The notes under the pieces: generated by a model
What the model was told of the DNA's origin: nothing
The model's database searches: none
The model's input: only the letters and a program-made list of their open reading frames with translations
Translations under genes and position numbers: made by a program
Shown: piece by piece, positions 33,660 through 46,753 of the stretch
Layout of the letters: each line of letters starts with the position of its first letter
How positions within the stretch are numbered: position 1 is the first letter of the stretch
DNA from: Azolla caroliniana
Lineage: Eukaryota; Plantae; Polypodiophyta
Direction of reading: 5' to 3'
Length of the DNA: 64,000 bases
NCBI GenBank assembly: GCA_043228905.1
Contig: JBHGNT010000022.1
Span: 4,774,001-4,838,000, forward strand

Positions 33660-34230
33660 GTGAGGTGCATGGGCAAACCCGAACGCTCCCTTGCCACAAG
33701 TCGCACGAACACACAAGCAAGGTTTACACATGAGAGAAACAATTTGGAACGCCTTTGTGAAAGGAGAGGTGTATGGGCAAGCCCGAACGCTCCCTTGCCA
33801 CAAGTCGCACGAACACACAAGCAAGGTTTACACACGGGAGAAACAATTTCGAACACCTTTGTGAAAGGAGAGGTGCATGGGCAAGCCCGAACGCTCCCAT
33901 ACCACAAGTCACACGAACACACAAGCAAGGTTTACACACAAGAGACACAATTTCGAACGCCTTTGTGAAAGGATAGGTGCATGGGCAAGCCCGAGCGCTC
34001 CCTTGCCACAAGTCGCACGAACACACAAGCAAGGTTTACACACGGGAAACACAATTTTGAACGCCTTTGTGAAAGGACAGGTGCATGGGCAAGCCCGAAC
34101 ACTCCCTTGCCACAAGTCGCACAAACACACAAACAAGATTTACACTAACACGCAAGACATGTAAGTTTGAATGCCTTTGTGAAAGGAGAGGTGCATGGGC
34201 AAGCCCGAAACGCTCACAAGACACACAAAC
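33660..34230. repeat. 104-bp tandem repeat (about 5.5 units) inside family-B LTR
   Basis: Unit GAGGTGCATGGGCAAGCCCGAACGCTCCCTTGCCACAAGTCGCAC…GCCTTTGTGAAAG recurs every 104 bp (ATGGGCAA at 33669, 33773, 33877, 33981, 34085). Also at 9300-9516, 10121-10230, 19300-19515 and 23741-23787. Confidence 0.95.
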
Positions 34231-35099
34231 AAATAAGCACAATCAAGATTTACACATAAGACAAGTAGATGAAAGAAAACATTAGTTTATAGCAATATAA
34301 TAGATTCTTTTATAATATAAGAATCATGTTACAATGGGTTGGTTGCGAATATGAAGGATTGTTTATAAATGAATGGGGGAAGAGAGGTGGAGGAAAGAAG
34401 AGAGTGGAGTATAGAAGGAGTTTCTCTGTTGATGATGCCTCTCGATGTTGTTGATCCTTCTTCTTCCATTTTCCAATTGAGTAGAGCTTCTGCATTCCTT
34501 CTCCCTCCCCCCCTTCTTCACTAGAATAGTCTCTTATTTATAGGTATAGGATTGCTTGCCTTTTTCCCCTAAAAAAGAGCTTGTCTATATGAGTCAAATT
34601 TTCTTTTCCTCACTATTTCTATTTTCTAGCCCCAAATTTCACATGCAAGATATTCTTGGAAAGCGTTTTGGGTTAGATTTCTTATGCATCTTTTCGTTTC
34701 TAATTTGGACATCTGACGAGGAAATTATGAGCTTTTTTCTCTACTGTGCTCCTCATATCCACGCGTGCTTCTTTTTTTCCTCCATCTTTTTCTCTACTTT
34801 TGTGTACTTTTGAAAACCGCCTCTAACTTAATATTCATCATTATTTATTGTAAGGTTCAATCCCTTGACCATTTATTTATAAGGAATTATCTTTGGAAAA
34901 TGAAAAAGTATTTTTTCTACCAATAAAGTTGACTTCACAATACTAGTTTATTTGAACTACTATTTTACTTCTTTTCGAGGGTGGTTTCACACTATGTGTT
35001 AGAAACATCACGACAACGTTAGGTTAGAGCTTATATACTCAAGCCCTAACTATTGGACATGTTCACACTAGTGAGGATACAAAGTGGAAGGAGTCTGCC

Positions 35100-38000
35100 T
35101 TTTATGCCAACACTAATTGCATCAACTACAGAAAGAAGATACTCTCTAAGAGAGAGAAGGCCCCCAGAGATTTCCAGATAGAGAATATGTATTGTTGATT
35201 GATGAGGGGGAGCCGGAAAGCTTCGATGAAGCTAAGAATGATACCCACATCCAAAAATGGTCGAGAGCCATGCAAGACGAGATGGATTCCTTTCATGAGA
35301 ACCACATGTACGAATTGACCGACTTGCCAAAGGGGAAGAAGGAACTTTGGAATAAGTGGGTATATAAATTGAAGCCGGGAGATGGCAGAAATCCACCTAA
35401 ATACAAAGGCCGAATCATGGTGAAAGGCTTTCAATAGAATAAGGGTGTACATTTTGAAGAATTATTTTCCCTAGTTGTAAAGATGACGTCGATGCGGATT
35501 GTGCTGAGCATAGCGGCCAGCATGGATTTAGAAGTTGAGAAGTTAGATGTCAAAATTGCCTTTCTGTATGGAGATCTAGAGGAAGAGATCTACATGCAGC
35601 AGCTAGAGGGATTCGTAGAGAAAGGAAAGGAGAACCTAGTATGCCGACTGAGGAAGACCTCATACGGACTGAAGCGAGCTCCCTGACAATGGTACTAGAA
35701 ATTCAAATCTTTCATGGTGAATCATGGCTCCAACAAGACACAAGCCAATCATTGTGTCTTTGTTAAGAAATATGATAGAGGAGACTTTCTCATCCTCCTG
35801 TTGTATGTTGACGACATGCTAATTGTTAGACAGGACCCGAAGAAAATCAGAAGTTTGAAGTCGTTTGCGATGACGGATATGGTTCTGGCAAAGCAAATAC
35901 TGGGTATGCACATTGTCTACAATTGGACAAAAAAAAATTTGTGGCTTTCACAAGACAAATACGTGACAAAGGTGCCCTAGAGATTCAACATGCAGGATGC
36001 AAATCGGTTGGTTCGACACAACCGACAAACAGTAAGCTGATTGGGAGTCAATGTCCGAAGACGAAGATGGAGAAAGCTGAGGTGAATAAGGTTCCCTATG
36101 CCTCAACAATATGTACCAAGCCGGACATTGGATACGTTGTTGGAGTAGTCAGCTGATATATGAGCAATCTCGGAAGAGAGCATTGGGCAGCAGTCAAATG
36201 GCTACTTTGGTACCTGAGAGGCACCTCAAGCGTGTGCCTCTGATTCAGGTCAAGTAACCCCACATTGGAAGGTTATACTGATTCGAACATGTCGGCTGAT
36301 GCGGATACCATCCGATCCACGCCTGGATATGTAATGACTTATGCAAGGGGAGTCGTGTCATTGTAGTCAAGGCTGCAAAAGGTCGTGCCATTGTCGACCA
36401 CGGATGTTGAGTACATGACCACCGTCAAAGTCGGCAAGGAAGTCATATGGATGAAGGAGTTTATCGGAGAGTTGGGAATTCGGCAAGAAGAATTCCGACT
36501 CTACTGTGATAACCAAAGTGTCATCCACGTTGCGAAGAATGTTGCCTACCACTCGAGGACCAAGCACATTCAGAGAAGATACCATTGGCTCCGAGAGCGA
36601 GTAGAAGAAAGGGAGTTTGCTCTGATGAAGATCTTGTTCGATAACAAGTCCCTCCGGATGAAAGTGGAGCTTGAATTGATGAAAGGGGGAGAACCGATTC
36701 CCATGGAGTCGATGAGTATTTCGGCCAAGGCCAAAATCGAAAATCGATTATATAGCCGATTCGGGAGACTATTATTGTAAATAGTCAGAATGTGCCCTTA
36801 GTGGGCCATATTTGTAAATAGCCCTGAATGTTGTATTAGTATATATACATCTAGGGCAATCATTATAGTATTGGTATTGTAGTGAATCATTATAGTGGTT
36901 GTATAGTTACACAGAAGGTAGTTGCCTCTGTAACCAAGAGAGAGTGAGAGTGAGAGTTAGTGTGTGTAACTCTATAATCGTCTATCTATCAAACGAAGAA
37001 GATCTCGAGGTCATTGCCTCAGAGTTTCTTATTGTACTTCCACTCATCATAGTGATCTGTTCGGAGTTTGTGAACTCCATGTGGTTAGTGTGTGTAACTC
37101 TATAATCGTCTATCTATCAAACGAAGAAGATCTCGAGGTCATTGTCTCAGAGTTTCTTATTGTACTTCCACTCATCATAGTGATCTGTTCAGAGTTTGTG
37201 GACTCCATGTGGTTAGTGTGTGTAACTCTATAATCGTCTATCTATCAAACAAAGAAGATCTCGAGGTCATTGCCTCAGAGTTTCTTATTGTACTTCCACT
37301 CATCATAGTGATCTGTTCGGAGTTTGTGGACTCCATGTGGTTTTTCCCTTTCAGGTTTTCCACATTAAATATTGTGTCTCTGTTTTTCATTTTCTACCCC
37401 TCTCGTTTTTTTTTGTCTGTGCACATTTATCTCTGTCTTTGCACCCGAATACGTATACAGAAAACCAGTTGTGACCGGTTACGATCTTAACAAATCCACA
37501 TAGCGAAAAACGGATCGAATATGCTAACGAAGGTGTTGTTGGCAGAAAAGTTGAGCGCATGCCGACAAAAGGTCGGATTGATCAAGTACCCCATGCCAGA
37601 GTGAAGGGGAGGTTGTTAGGAAAACAGGTCCCTCTGGATTGGAAGAGCACGAGACGAATGGAATGGAATCGACAAGTAAACTCGGCTGAGACCGAAAATC
37701 GATTTCCAAAAAATCGACAATCGATTAATAATCGGTTCGGTTATTAGCCAAATCGGTCGAAGCCGATTTGGGAGGGGGCTATAATTGTAAATAGCCTAAA
37801 TGTGCCCTTAGTGGGCCATAGTTGTAAATAACCCATATTGTATATGAGTTTAAATATACTTAGGTCAAGTAGTTAGAAAGGTGGAAGGATGATCATTATT
37901 GTGGTATAGTTATTGTTGGTTGTTGCCACTAGAACCAAGTGAGAGAGAGTGAGAATTGTAAGTTTGCTACCGTCTGTCAAACAAAGAGAGCCCAAAGTCG

Positions 38001-38212
38001 TTGCCTTGAAGCTTCTCGTTGTAATCCTTCTATCTTAGTCATTCTATTCGTAGTTTGTGGACTCCCGTGGTTTTTCCCTTTTAGGTTTTCCACGTAAAAC
38101 ACTTGTGTCTCTGTACTTGAGCAGTTTATTTTCTATTTTATCTTGCCTTCTCGATCTTTGCACCCGCATACATATACATGTTAACTAGTTGTGGCCAGAT
38201 CGATTCTCAACA
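35100..38212 (+). mobile_element. Ty1/Copia (Tork/Tnt1-like) remnant: RT, RNase H, PPT and 3' LTR
   Basis: EPESFDEA, LDVKIAFL, LLLYVDDMLI, YHSRTKHI. PPT GAGTGAAGGGGAGGT before LTR 37614-38212 (TG…CA). Left boundary approximate. Confidence 0.9.
36635..37492 (+). mobile_element. Solo Copia LTR inserted in the RNase H region, with an internal 3 x 128-bp tandem triplication
   Basis: TG…CA ends and imperfect TSD GATCT/AATCC. RNase H frame resumes at 37493. Units start at 36957, 37085 and 37213. Confidence 0.85.
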
Positions 38213-39684
38213 TCGTTGATGCGTGCCTGGACCGAGTTGGACTCTTTCATCCGAAGGTTATAAAGGCTTCGCATCAGATATATATCGTGGTTGCGACTAC
38301 CTTCTTCTCATAGGTGTCCGACAACGTTTTCGCACCGTGTAGTAGATAAATTCGTACATGTGCATCTGAATTGTGGCCCGGACAATTCGATCTAGCTTCA
38401 TCCACTCATTAGGCTTGTATCCGTCTGGAGCATTTTTGTTCTCAATTGGGTCGATCTAATCCTTTAGTATCGGGTAATCTTGCATTTTCTCCTTCTAGAA
38501 GTTGAAGTTTGAGTCGTCCAACTTCCTAAGACTCATCTCAAATGAGCTAGATGTTGAAACCATCTTAATCTGTGTCGACTAAAATACTCTATCCGGAGTT
38601 GACTACGAACGGTGGGAGGGTGCAGCCGACTAGCTCATCTGAATTTGTTCTAGCCGAGTTTAGACACGAACTGAATTAGTTTCAGTTGTTGACTTGTTCT
38701 ATCCGAGGTGGCTATGACCGACCCGAATTCACTTATTGAATAACCAATTTCAAATAAGGCACTAATTGTGTTGATTTTGATGCCTATCACATATTAAGAT
38801 GCAGTTGGTGTCGATCCTGTTTCAGGTGACTACGAGGAATAGAGGGACAGAGCCAATTGGTCTTCCCAATTTTTTCATCTAGTCAAATGAGGCACAAATG
38901 GTGTCAAACTTGAGGCTGATCCTACTTCAAGTGGTTATAGTGATTTAGTGGATAGTGTCGACTGACCTATTTGAGTGTTGCCTAATGAAGCACAAATGGG
39001 TCTGATTTGATGGAGATTCCACTCCGAGCAACTACTATCACAAGAACAGAGTACAACTGGCTGGCTTACTTTAAGAGTAATTTAGCTCAGTAAAGTGCAA
39101 ATCTTCAGGTGTCTTTCTCTTCACCGAATGGTTGTTGATCAAAAGATTTCAGTTCAACTGAAATCTAGAGTCTGTTCCAGAACTTGAAACAACTTGGGGG
39201 CTTCAGGGATTTGAGAGCAAGAATGTTGTTGAAGACAAATGACGACCGATAGCAGATTAACAACCTCCACTCTGATACCAAATGTTGGAGAAGAAGGCCT
39301 TCAGTGCGAAATCATAAACAACATCTCAATATGAAGAACAACGAGTTTGATAGACTGGAACCAAGATGAACAAAAGAACAACCAAGGACAACTTGATAGA
39401 GATCAAGATCAACGAGACAAAATGTGTGAGAGAGAGACACACAGAGGCACACAATGTAATTGTCTTATTCCAAAATATTACAATACAAGAATAACACTAT
39501 CAACATCACTATGAACTAGGTTACAAAGCTAGTTATATATCAACTGGGCTAGGGAAATTGCCCTTCGACATATTTTTATAATTGTCCTAAACCTAGTTTG
39601 TCCAAGTGGGTTAGTGTGAATGCGGCCACTATACACCCATATTCGATATATGGTTCTCTTTCACGTATGTTTCCCTTCTTTACA
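38213..39684 (-). mobile_element. 5' part of another Copia element (LTR ~39283-39684, PBS-Met, leader, gag start)
   Basis: CTCTGATACCA at 39270-39280 is 2 nt from TGTTGG. Decayed gag on the minus strand at ~38213-38560. Confidence 0.7.
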
Positions 39685-39699
39685 ATTGAAGTTGTATGC

Positions 39700-41680
39700 A
39701 TTAGACTTTAGAAATTGGGCACTCGAAAGGCTAAAGATCTTCAATGTATAAAGGCCAAAATGCTCAAATGAATAGAAAAGGAAGAACATGCATGGACAAG
39801 TGATATGTTAATCATGCATTGCAACATGGAACGCCCTAGGATTGGACTACAAATCGTATCAAACCTTTACATATAGGTGGAGATGTAAATAATGTAAACA
39901 ACTATCAAACCATCATGGTCGGCTCGCTAATGGCAAAACTATTTGGATATATAATGGAATCAAAGGTAAGTGCATGGCTAAAATATATGGTAAGAGAGCT
40001 TATGGACAAGCTAACTTTCCAAAACATAATAGCACCATCAATCACCTTGAAGTATTAATGGAGGAAAGTCACTTGAGAGGTAAGGGTTTATATTGTTACC
40101 TCATATACTTTAAGAAAGTTTTTGATATGGTACCTCATGAGCATCTTTGGAGATAAATCGAAGAGTCCGGGGTGGAAAGTGAATATATGCTTGTAATTTC
40201 CCAAATCTACGAGAATAATATATGTTCTGTGCGTATGAGCTATGAAATTTCAAAAAATTTCAAGGATGCCCATTCTCACCAACTCTAATTGGTCTATGAT
40301 TTTGTTGTATGCGGATGATGTAGTCTTTTCACAAATACTTTAGGAGATGCACAAAAGTTTATGAGGGCATTGGAAGAATTTTGTATGCATACTGAGTTAA
40401 GCGTCAACAACTCTAAAACAAAAATTATTCTTGTGATGAACCAAAAAAAGATAAACTATACATTATGTACAATAATGAGCCACATGAAATTGTGGAAAGT
40501 TTTGATACCTTGGCCTCGATGTTCCTTCAAATCATAGATGGAATGAATATGCTACTTGCCACTTAGAGGAAGGAAAGAGATCATATTATGTATTTGAGAA
40601 TACATGGAATCATGGAGAAATTAAGTTTTGGGTTCTCAAGAAAGATCATTTGGACACTTTGGTGACACTAATACTTCTCTATGGGGTGGAAGTATGTGGA
40701 GGTAGCATTCCTAAGTCCACTTGTCCAAAAACATTTTCTTACAAAGTTTCTGTAAGTCAAGAAAACAAAACACCATACACTCTCCTCATACTTGAGACGG
40801 GATCACTTGGAAAGAGTTTGAAAATTTCCAAAAGCATTTTCGTACAAAGTTTCTCCACTTCAAGAAACAAAACACCATACATTCTCCTCATACTTGAGAC
40901 AGGATCACTTCCCATTGGGATCATGGTAATGGAAAGGGTTGTCGGCCACATGCTTAAGGTTAAAAAAAGTTCCGTACATTGACTTCCTAGGATCGCATGG
41001 GAAGCAAGCAAAAAGATCCAAAAGATGCATAAAAGCAAAATTTATGTTTTGGTTGGATGCAAGATATGGAAAAATGGTTTAGTAGATGGGATAGACTTAT
41101 TTCATGATGCATAATTAGATTTCTCTTTAAATGAGGCCTTTTTGCAACACCAATGTATCATGACATGGAAAAAATATGGAGGCTCATGTTGCACACATTA
41201 TATGACACATGTAGCACCTACCCACAAAACCATATTCTTCCTTGAATTGGGAAATTGTACACATCGATACATGTTAGAGCCCATCCCGGTGTCTGCCATC
41301 GGAACCATTGCTTCCATGTGACTTAGCTCAAATACATTGCGATGTGAGATGGGGCGTTGGGGCACAAGTGATGAGAGTGGTCGAGTATGCACACTTTGCC
41401 CTAAACAAGTTCGAGAGTTTGAGTATCACACTTTGATACACCGCTTTGCCTTTTATTATATTCGACCATGCTCTCCACACATCTTCAACTAAACACAGTC
41501 CTTGCACAAATTTCTCTCACAATCACAATGTGTCCTCTTGATTGCAACATTCATTTGCAATGTTCTTAAACATGGAGAGTCGCTACTCACTTTCACATAT
41601 ATTACATAGAATGTAATATTTTTGGTCTCATAGGTCATATTTGACCTCCGAATACGATGATAGAATCTATCTATCTATCT
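39700..41680 (+). mobile_element. 5'-truncated non-LTR retrotransposon (LINE, RTE-X/L2-like) remnant
   Basis: Fragmented RT motifs (NNYQTIMVGS, FKKVFDMVP, QGCPFSP, LLYADDVV), C-terminal RVCTLC…EYH zinc-finger-like motif and a (TCTA)n tail at ~41665-41681. Confidence 0.85.
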
Positions 41681-42399
41681 ACACACACACACACACACAC
41701 AATTGGGGGGGATATCTAGCAATTTACTTTTTTCATGGGTGATGTTGTTACCCTAGATACTGAGGCATCATCATCATCATCATCTCATGCAACCCCTAAT
41801 TGTTATTGCATGTATGGTAAATGTTTGCCAACAATGAGAATTATAACTTTACTAATGAAATGTTCTTCAATAGTTTGATAGATAGTCCAAGTATTTTTGT
41901 TGGTATCCAACCATTCGAAACTGAAAATGCATTCCAATGTCAAATATTCAAAGATGATTCTGGAGGTTCAATGAGCAACACACAGGCCCATCACCACCAT
42001 CCTTCTTTGTCAAGTTGTCTTACCATTGTGTTCTTTCTAACAGTAGCCTTTGTCGGACAATGTGTTGGGTTCGGATCAGGCCATGGTTTGGGTGGGGTAA
42101 TCTGGTAGAGGACAAGTAGGCAGGGCGAGCACGGAAGGCGCGATAGAAAGCATTTTCTGATTCGCTTCTGGCATTACAATTTAGTCTGGCGAGAGTCCGA
42201 ACGAATCGCAGGATTTTGTGAGGAATCGATCGATGGACGCCTACCCAAAACTTCCACCCAAAACTTGAAGATGTGAGAACTTAGCAGCAAAGCCCACATC
42301 CATGTCTGAAAACGCCCAAATGTATTTCTCTTCCCTTCCCTTCCATTCCCTTCCCCTTCATCCCATCCTTCTCTGTTTCTTCTTCTCCGATTCCGTGTG

Positions 42400-42465
42400 A
42401 AGAAGAAGAAGAAAGAAGAAGTAGAAGAAGAAGAAGAAGAAGAAGAAGAAGAAACAGAAGAAGAA
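42400..42465. repeat. (GAA)n microsatellite in putative 5' UTR
   Basis: Imperfect GAA run seen directly. Confidence 0.9.
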
Positions 42466-42582
42466 TCACACACATAGTAGCTGCTTTCCATAGGTCCGTC
42501 CAATCAGTAGTCATATCACCATAATAATCTGCTTCATGCTTCCTCATCATTTTCTTTCTTCTTCTCCTCCTCCTCCTTCACT

Positions 42583-45500
42583 ATGAGGTTTGTATCCTGC
42601 TTTCTTTCCTCTCCTTCTTCTATACTGTGTATTGTTCCTATGCTATGCTAGCAGATTATTAGTATAAATCGAGCCATGTGTGTTCTTTATTGGGGCAAGT
42701 TTAGTCAATGGGAATTTTTTTCATCAGTGTTAGAATAAAGAGCTCCTTTCCATTGCGATCCATAGATAGGGATCTTTTGGGTTAGTGTTACATTCTGTGA
42801 AATGGCATCTAATCTAGGGTTTCGTTCCGTGAAAAGGGATTTTCTTTGATCTTCATAAAGGAAAGAGCTTTGGGCTAGTCTTATGGTTAGGGCATTTACA
42901 GTTAAAACTCCGTGAAAGTAATTTCTTTTATCTGCTGAATGGAAAACTTTGAGGGTTTCTGCATGTTGAGTTTAATTCTGTGTAATGGATTCAGTTTAAT
43001 TTTCAGAAAGAAAATAGTCAGGATCAAGGTTCCAACACTTAGAGTTACATTTTATCAGATGGGGTTTCTGTTGATCTTTTCAGAAAGAAAACGGTAATGG
43101 CATTTATGGTGTATTTCCGTAACATGGGGTTTCCTTGATCTTCAGGACAGAAGACTAGCATTTATGGTTTCAATCTATGAATCGTTTTCATTCTGATATT
43201 CAGAAACCAATTGGTGAGAGAAGTTAGGGGTTCATTCTGTGGAAATGGGAGCTCTTTGGTCTTTCAGAAAGCAAAGAGATTAGGTTTAGGGAATCTAGGG
43301 TTTCATTCCGTTAATTGGTTTTTTCCTTTGATCTTCAGAAATGGTTAGGCTTAGTGAGTTCAGGTATCTAATCTTAGAAATGGGTTCTCTTTGATCTTCA
43401 GAAATGGGAAGACTTAGAATGCAGTTAGGGTAAGAGGATATATGATTTTCTTCTGGACTGGGTTTGTGTGGCTATTTTCAGGATCATAAGGTTTAAGAAA
43501 TCTTGAGTTTTAATATATGAAATATGTGTTCTTAGATCTTCAGAATGATAAGGGGTTAGGTTTAAATTAGGATATTTAGGGATTCATTCTGTGAAATATT
43601 ATGTTTATTATTATTATTATTATCTTTCTAAATTGCGTTTTGGCTTTCAAAAATAACTCATTTGGATGTTTAAATTTCCTACATATGATGGTGATATTAG
43701 GGAAGGTGATTTGATGGTTTTTCAGGACGGAGCAAGAAGTCGCAATGCAACAAGCCTCTTCTCAGACTTTTGAAAGGAAGAAAACTACTAAATCCGAAGG
43801 GATCCCCGAAGACCCAAACAAGAAAGTAAAACAAGCGATTTTGTTTCCGAGCCGAAACCACGACGAAATTCTTCCGATTCGCTTAATGGAAGGTTCCAAT
43901 AATAGTAACATCGCAGTAGAAGGCGAGCTTGAAACCACTGTGAATAACAATAAGAATAAGAACAATAGTAATAAGAAGAAAAAGGCAGGTGAACTAGATA
44001 GTCTTTTGCCACAGTGGGGTGTTCGGAAGAGATCTCGGTGTAATAGACTTGAACAACCACCAGTTAAGCGTGGGCGGGCCCGGGTTCGCGAAGAAGATGA
44101 TTCAGCATCAAAATCGAACACTGGTGCTGGTGCTTCTCGCATAGAAACCAAGGCTAAGGATAAGGCTAAGAAAGCAGTGGGATCGGTTTCAGTGAATGAT
44201 GATGGTGGTATTGCCTCGAGGATTCGGAACCATAATCATGCTCTCTCAAAGCAGAGGATTGTCCCTGGCCATTCCAGAGACAAGGATCATGAAATGTCCA
44301 GGTAAATCTCAACAAGCTAATACATTTCAATAGAGATGAGACGATTTGAAGTGTGAGGTGAGTGGGATGAGAGATAAGAGGAGAGAGGAAGGAATACACA
44401 ACGATCAAAATATGAGAAATAAAATAAAGGCTGTTAAGTCGTACAATATTGTGTGTTTACCATGTTTGACAAAGCGATGGAAGGAATACACAACGATCAA
44501 AATATGAGAAATAAAGTAAAGGCTGTTAAGTCGTACAATATTGTGTGTTTACCATGTTTGACAAAGCGATGGAAGGAATACACAATGATCAAAATATGAG
44601 AAATAAAATAAAGGCTGTTAAGTCGTACAATATTGTGTGTTTACCATGTTTGACAAAGCGATTTATGCATAGTATTTTAAGACTTATGCATGTGATACGA
44701 GAATACAGATAAAAAAAAATCCAATCAGTACTTTCAAGCATAAAAAGTGTCCCATAGGTTAAGTTTCAGTAGGCTGGACAATCAAAAGGAGAAAAAAATT
44801 AGCTGTAAAAGGAAATTGAGGAAAAAGAGAAGATTCATGCAAAAGTCAATTTCGGGAAAAAAGCTAGAGTTTTTTTATATATCTTTTCACAACAGATAGT
44901 TAGAAGGCAAGACTTATAGAATTATAATTATATCGAGGTTACTTCTATAGTTTTTGAAACAAAGATTGGCACTGGTTTTGAACTTACATACTCTGCAGTT
45001 GTATGGTATAAAGTTATAACTCAGAATGAAATGTAAACCTAGAATTCTCTATGATACCAAAGCGACAACCTTCATTCAATACATGACACATGAATTGGCT
45101 CTAACAAACTTAGTGGGCTGTGATTAACATCTTTACCAATAATTTGCTTTCACACTAACATGAACAATTAAAAGTATGCTTGAGAAGAGAGTAATGGCTA
45201 GTATAATTAACACAATACACTGGGTGGTCTGAAACTTAGGGTGCCATAAGTATCTATTTATTAATCTAAGTGGAATCAAAAGATTACGATGCAAGTCCTG
45301 GAGGAGTGTCTTGGTAGAAAAAAGCAGACCAAAAAGAAAAAGTGGAAAGTAATTATTAAGGTTGTCTATTTGATTGAGTGAATAGGCAAGAAGAATTTCG
45401 AGTGCCATTAGTGATGGTTCCATCCTCTTTAGGAGTTCTTGAAATCTAATACAACCTAGTAGGATCCTCGAAAGTCATGCCTGATGTCCTCTTCTGTGAT

Positions 45501-46677
45501 GCATTCCAATGTGACATGTTCTTCTGTTTCTGGTACATTGGCACAACATTGGTCACATATTCTGTTTTGCTGCTCAATATTTGGTTAGGCCCTAGTTTCT
45601 ATTGTCAATGTGTCTGAGCCATGTATTAGTGTGATGCCACATCTGACACACTTTGGTATGGGTGTGCAGATGTGAGGTTGGGCATTGGCCAGACACCTTG
45701 GATAATGCTCCCAATGGGGAGTATTGATATGGCTGCTTTAGCACTGTAACTTAGATTTATGTTGGGCTGTTCTCCATTTTGTGTGTTGGGTTTTCAATGA
45801 GGCTGTGCAAAACATTGACTCATGTTCTCCTGTTCATTTCTTCTCCGTTGTGTCACATTCAAAAAAATTTCCACATACAATCAGGTTGATCATTACCAGA
45901 GGTTTTGGACCCAATAAGATAAAAGGAATTTGCTTTTCTGTTATTATCTGTAAGCATGCAATTTCCCTTCCAGCTTGGGAGATGATTTCGAAGCATTGAT
46001 GGTGTAGAACACTGTTTTGTAATTTCTGTATTTCATTTCATGAGCTTGCTGAATACGGCCACCCTGAACCACAGGCTCATATAGCAAAGTTTGAACCTGG
46101 CATGCATTGATAACTATTATTTAATCTCTCAGATTTTCAGTTGTGCTCCAGTGGAACATGTTCTCAAATTCATAGTAGACGGGCTGTGCTGGCTTTCATT
46201 CTTTTATCTAGACACCTGTTCTAAGTTTGTTGACCAGGCATGCAATTCCGAGGTTTGTGAATCTGTACTAAACTGCTTCAATTGCCTTTTCTTCTTAGGA
46301 CAGTGCTGGCTGCTCAATATCAGTTTGGTCCCAGCCATGCTGATCGGTAGGCTATTATGCTCAAAGAAAAGTATTAATCTGTGTCTAAAAGCTTTTGGAG
46401 TCTCATTGAAAATATGCTGAAAGTATAACATTGTATGCATTGGTCAGAAACAATACTGAAATGGCCAATGACTGGTTTTCCACCTGTTCCATACCATTGT
46501 GCTCTTGAATTCTCTTGTACTCTCAAGTCCTTCTCATAGCATTGCCCTTGGGATTGTCTGGAAAGTCTTTTTGAAATTCATTGAACAATACAATGGTTGT
46601 CCTTTAAGGCTGTAGCCTCTAGCGTGGTTGTTAGGGTGGTTGTTGGTTGTTGGAGATCATCATATCATGTGCCCAAC

Positions 46678-46753
<76 letters not shown>

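Larger units (their letters stand above)
9300..35015 (-). mobile_element. Ty3/Gypsy element B (tRNA-Trp primed, Phygy/fungal-like RT), decayed and carrying four nested insertions
   Basis: LTR blocks 12812-13476 and 34338-35015 are nearly identical and both end …CATCACGACA. Internal gag-pol remnants at 13538-19128. PBS and PPT present. Confidence 0.88.
19199..35015 (-). repeat. 5' LTR of element B, split by a Copia (19520-23740) and Gypsy C (23788-33659)
   Basis: Pieces 19199-19519, 23741-23787 and 33660-35015 carry the same 104-bp repeat and match the 3' LTR. Confidence 0.85.

Noticed and set aside
33660-34230. CRISPR-like array
   Set aside because: Whole 104-bp units repeat with no unique spacers, the context is a eukaryotic LTR and there are no cas genes.
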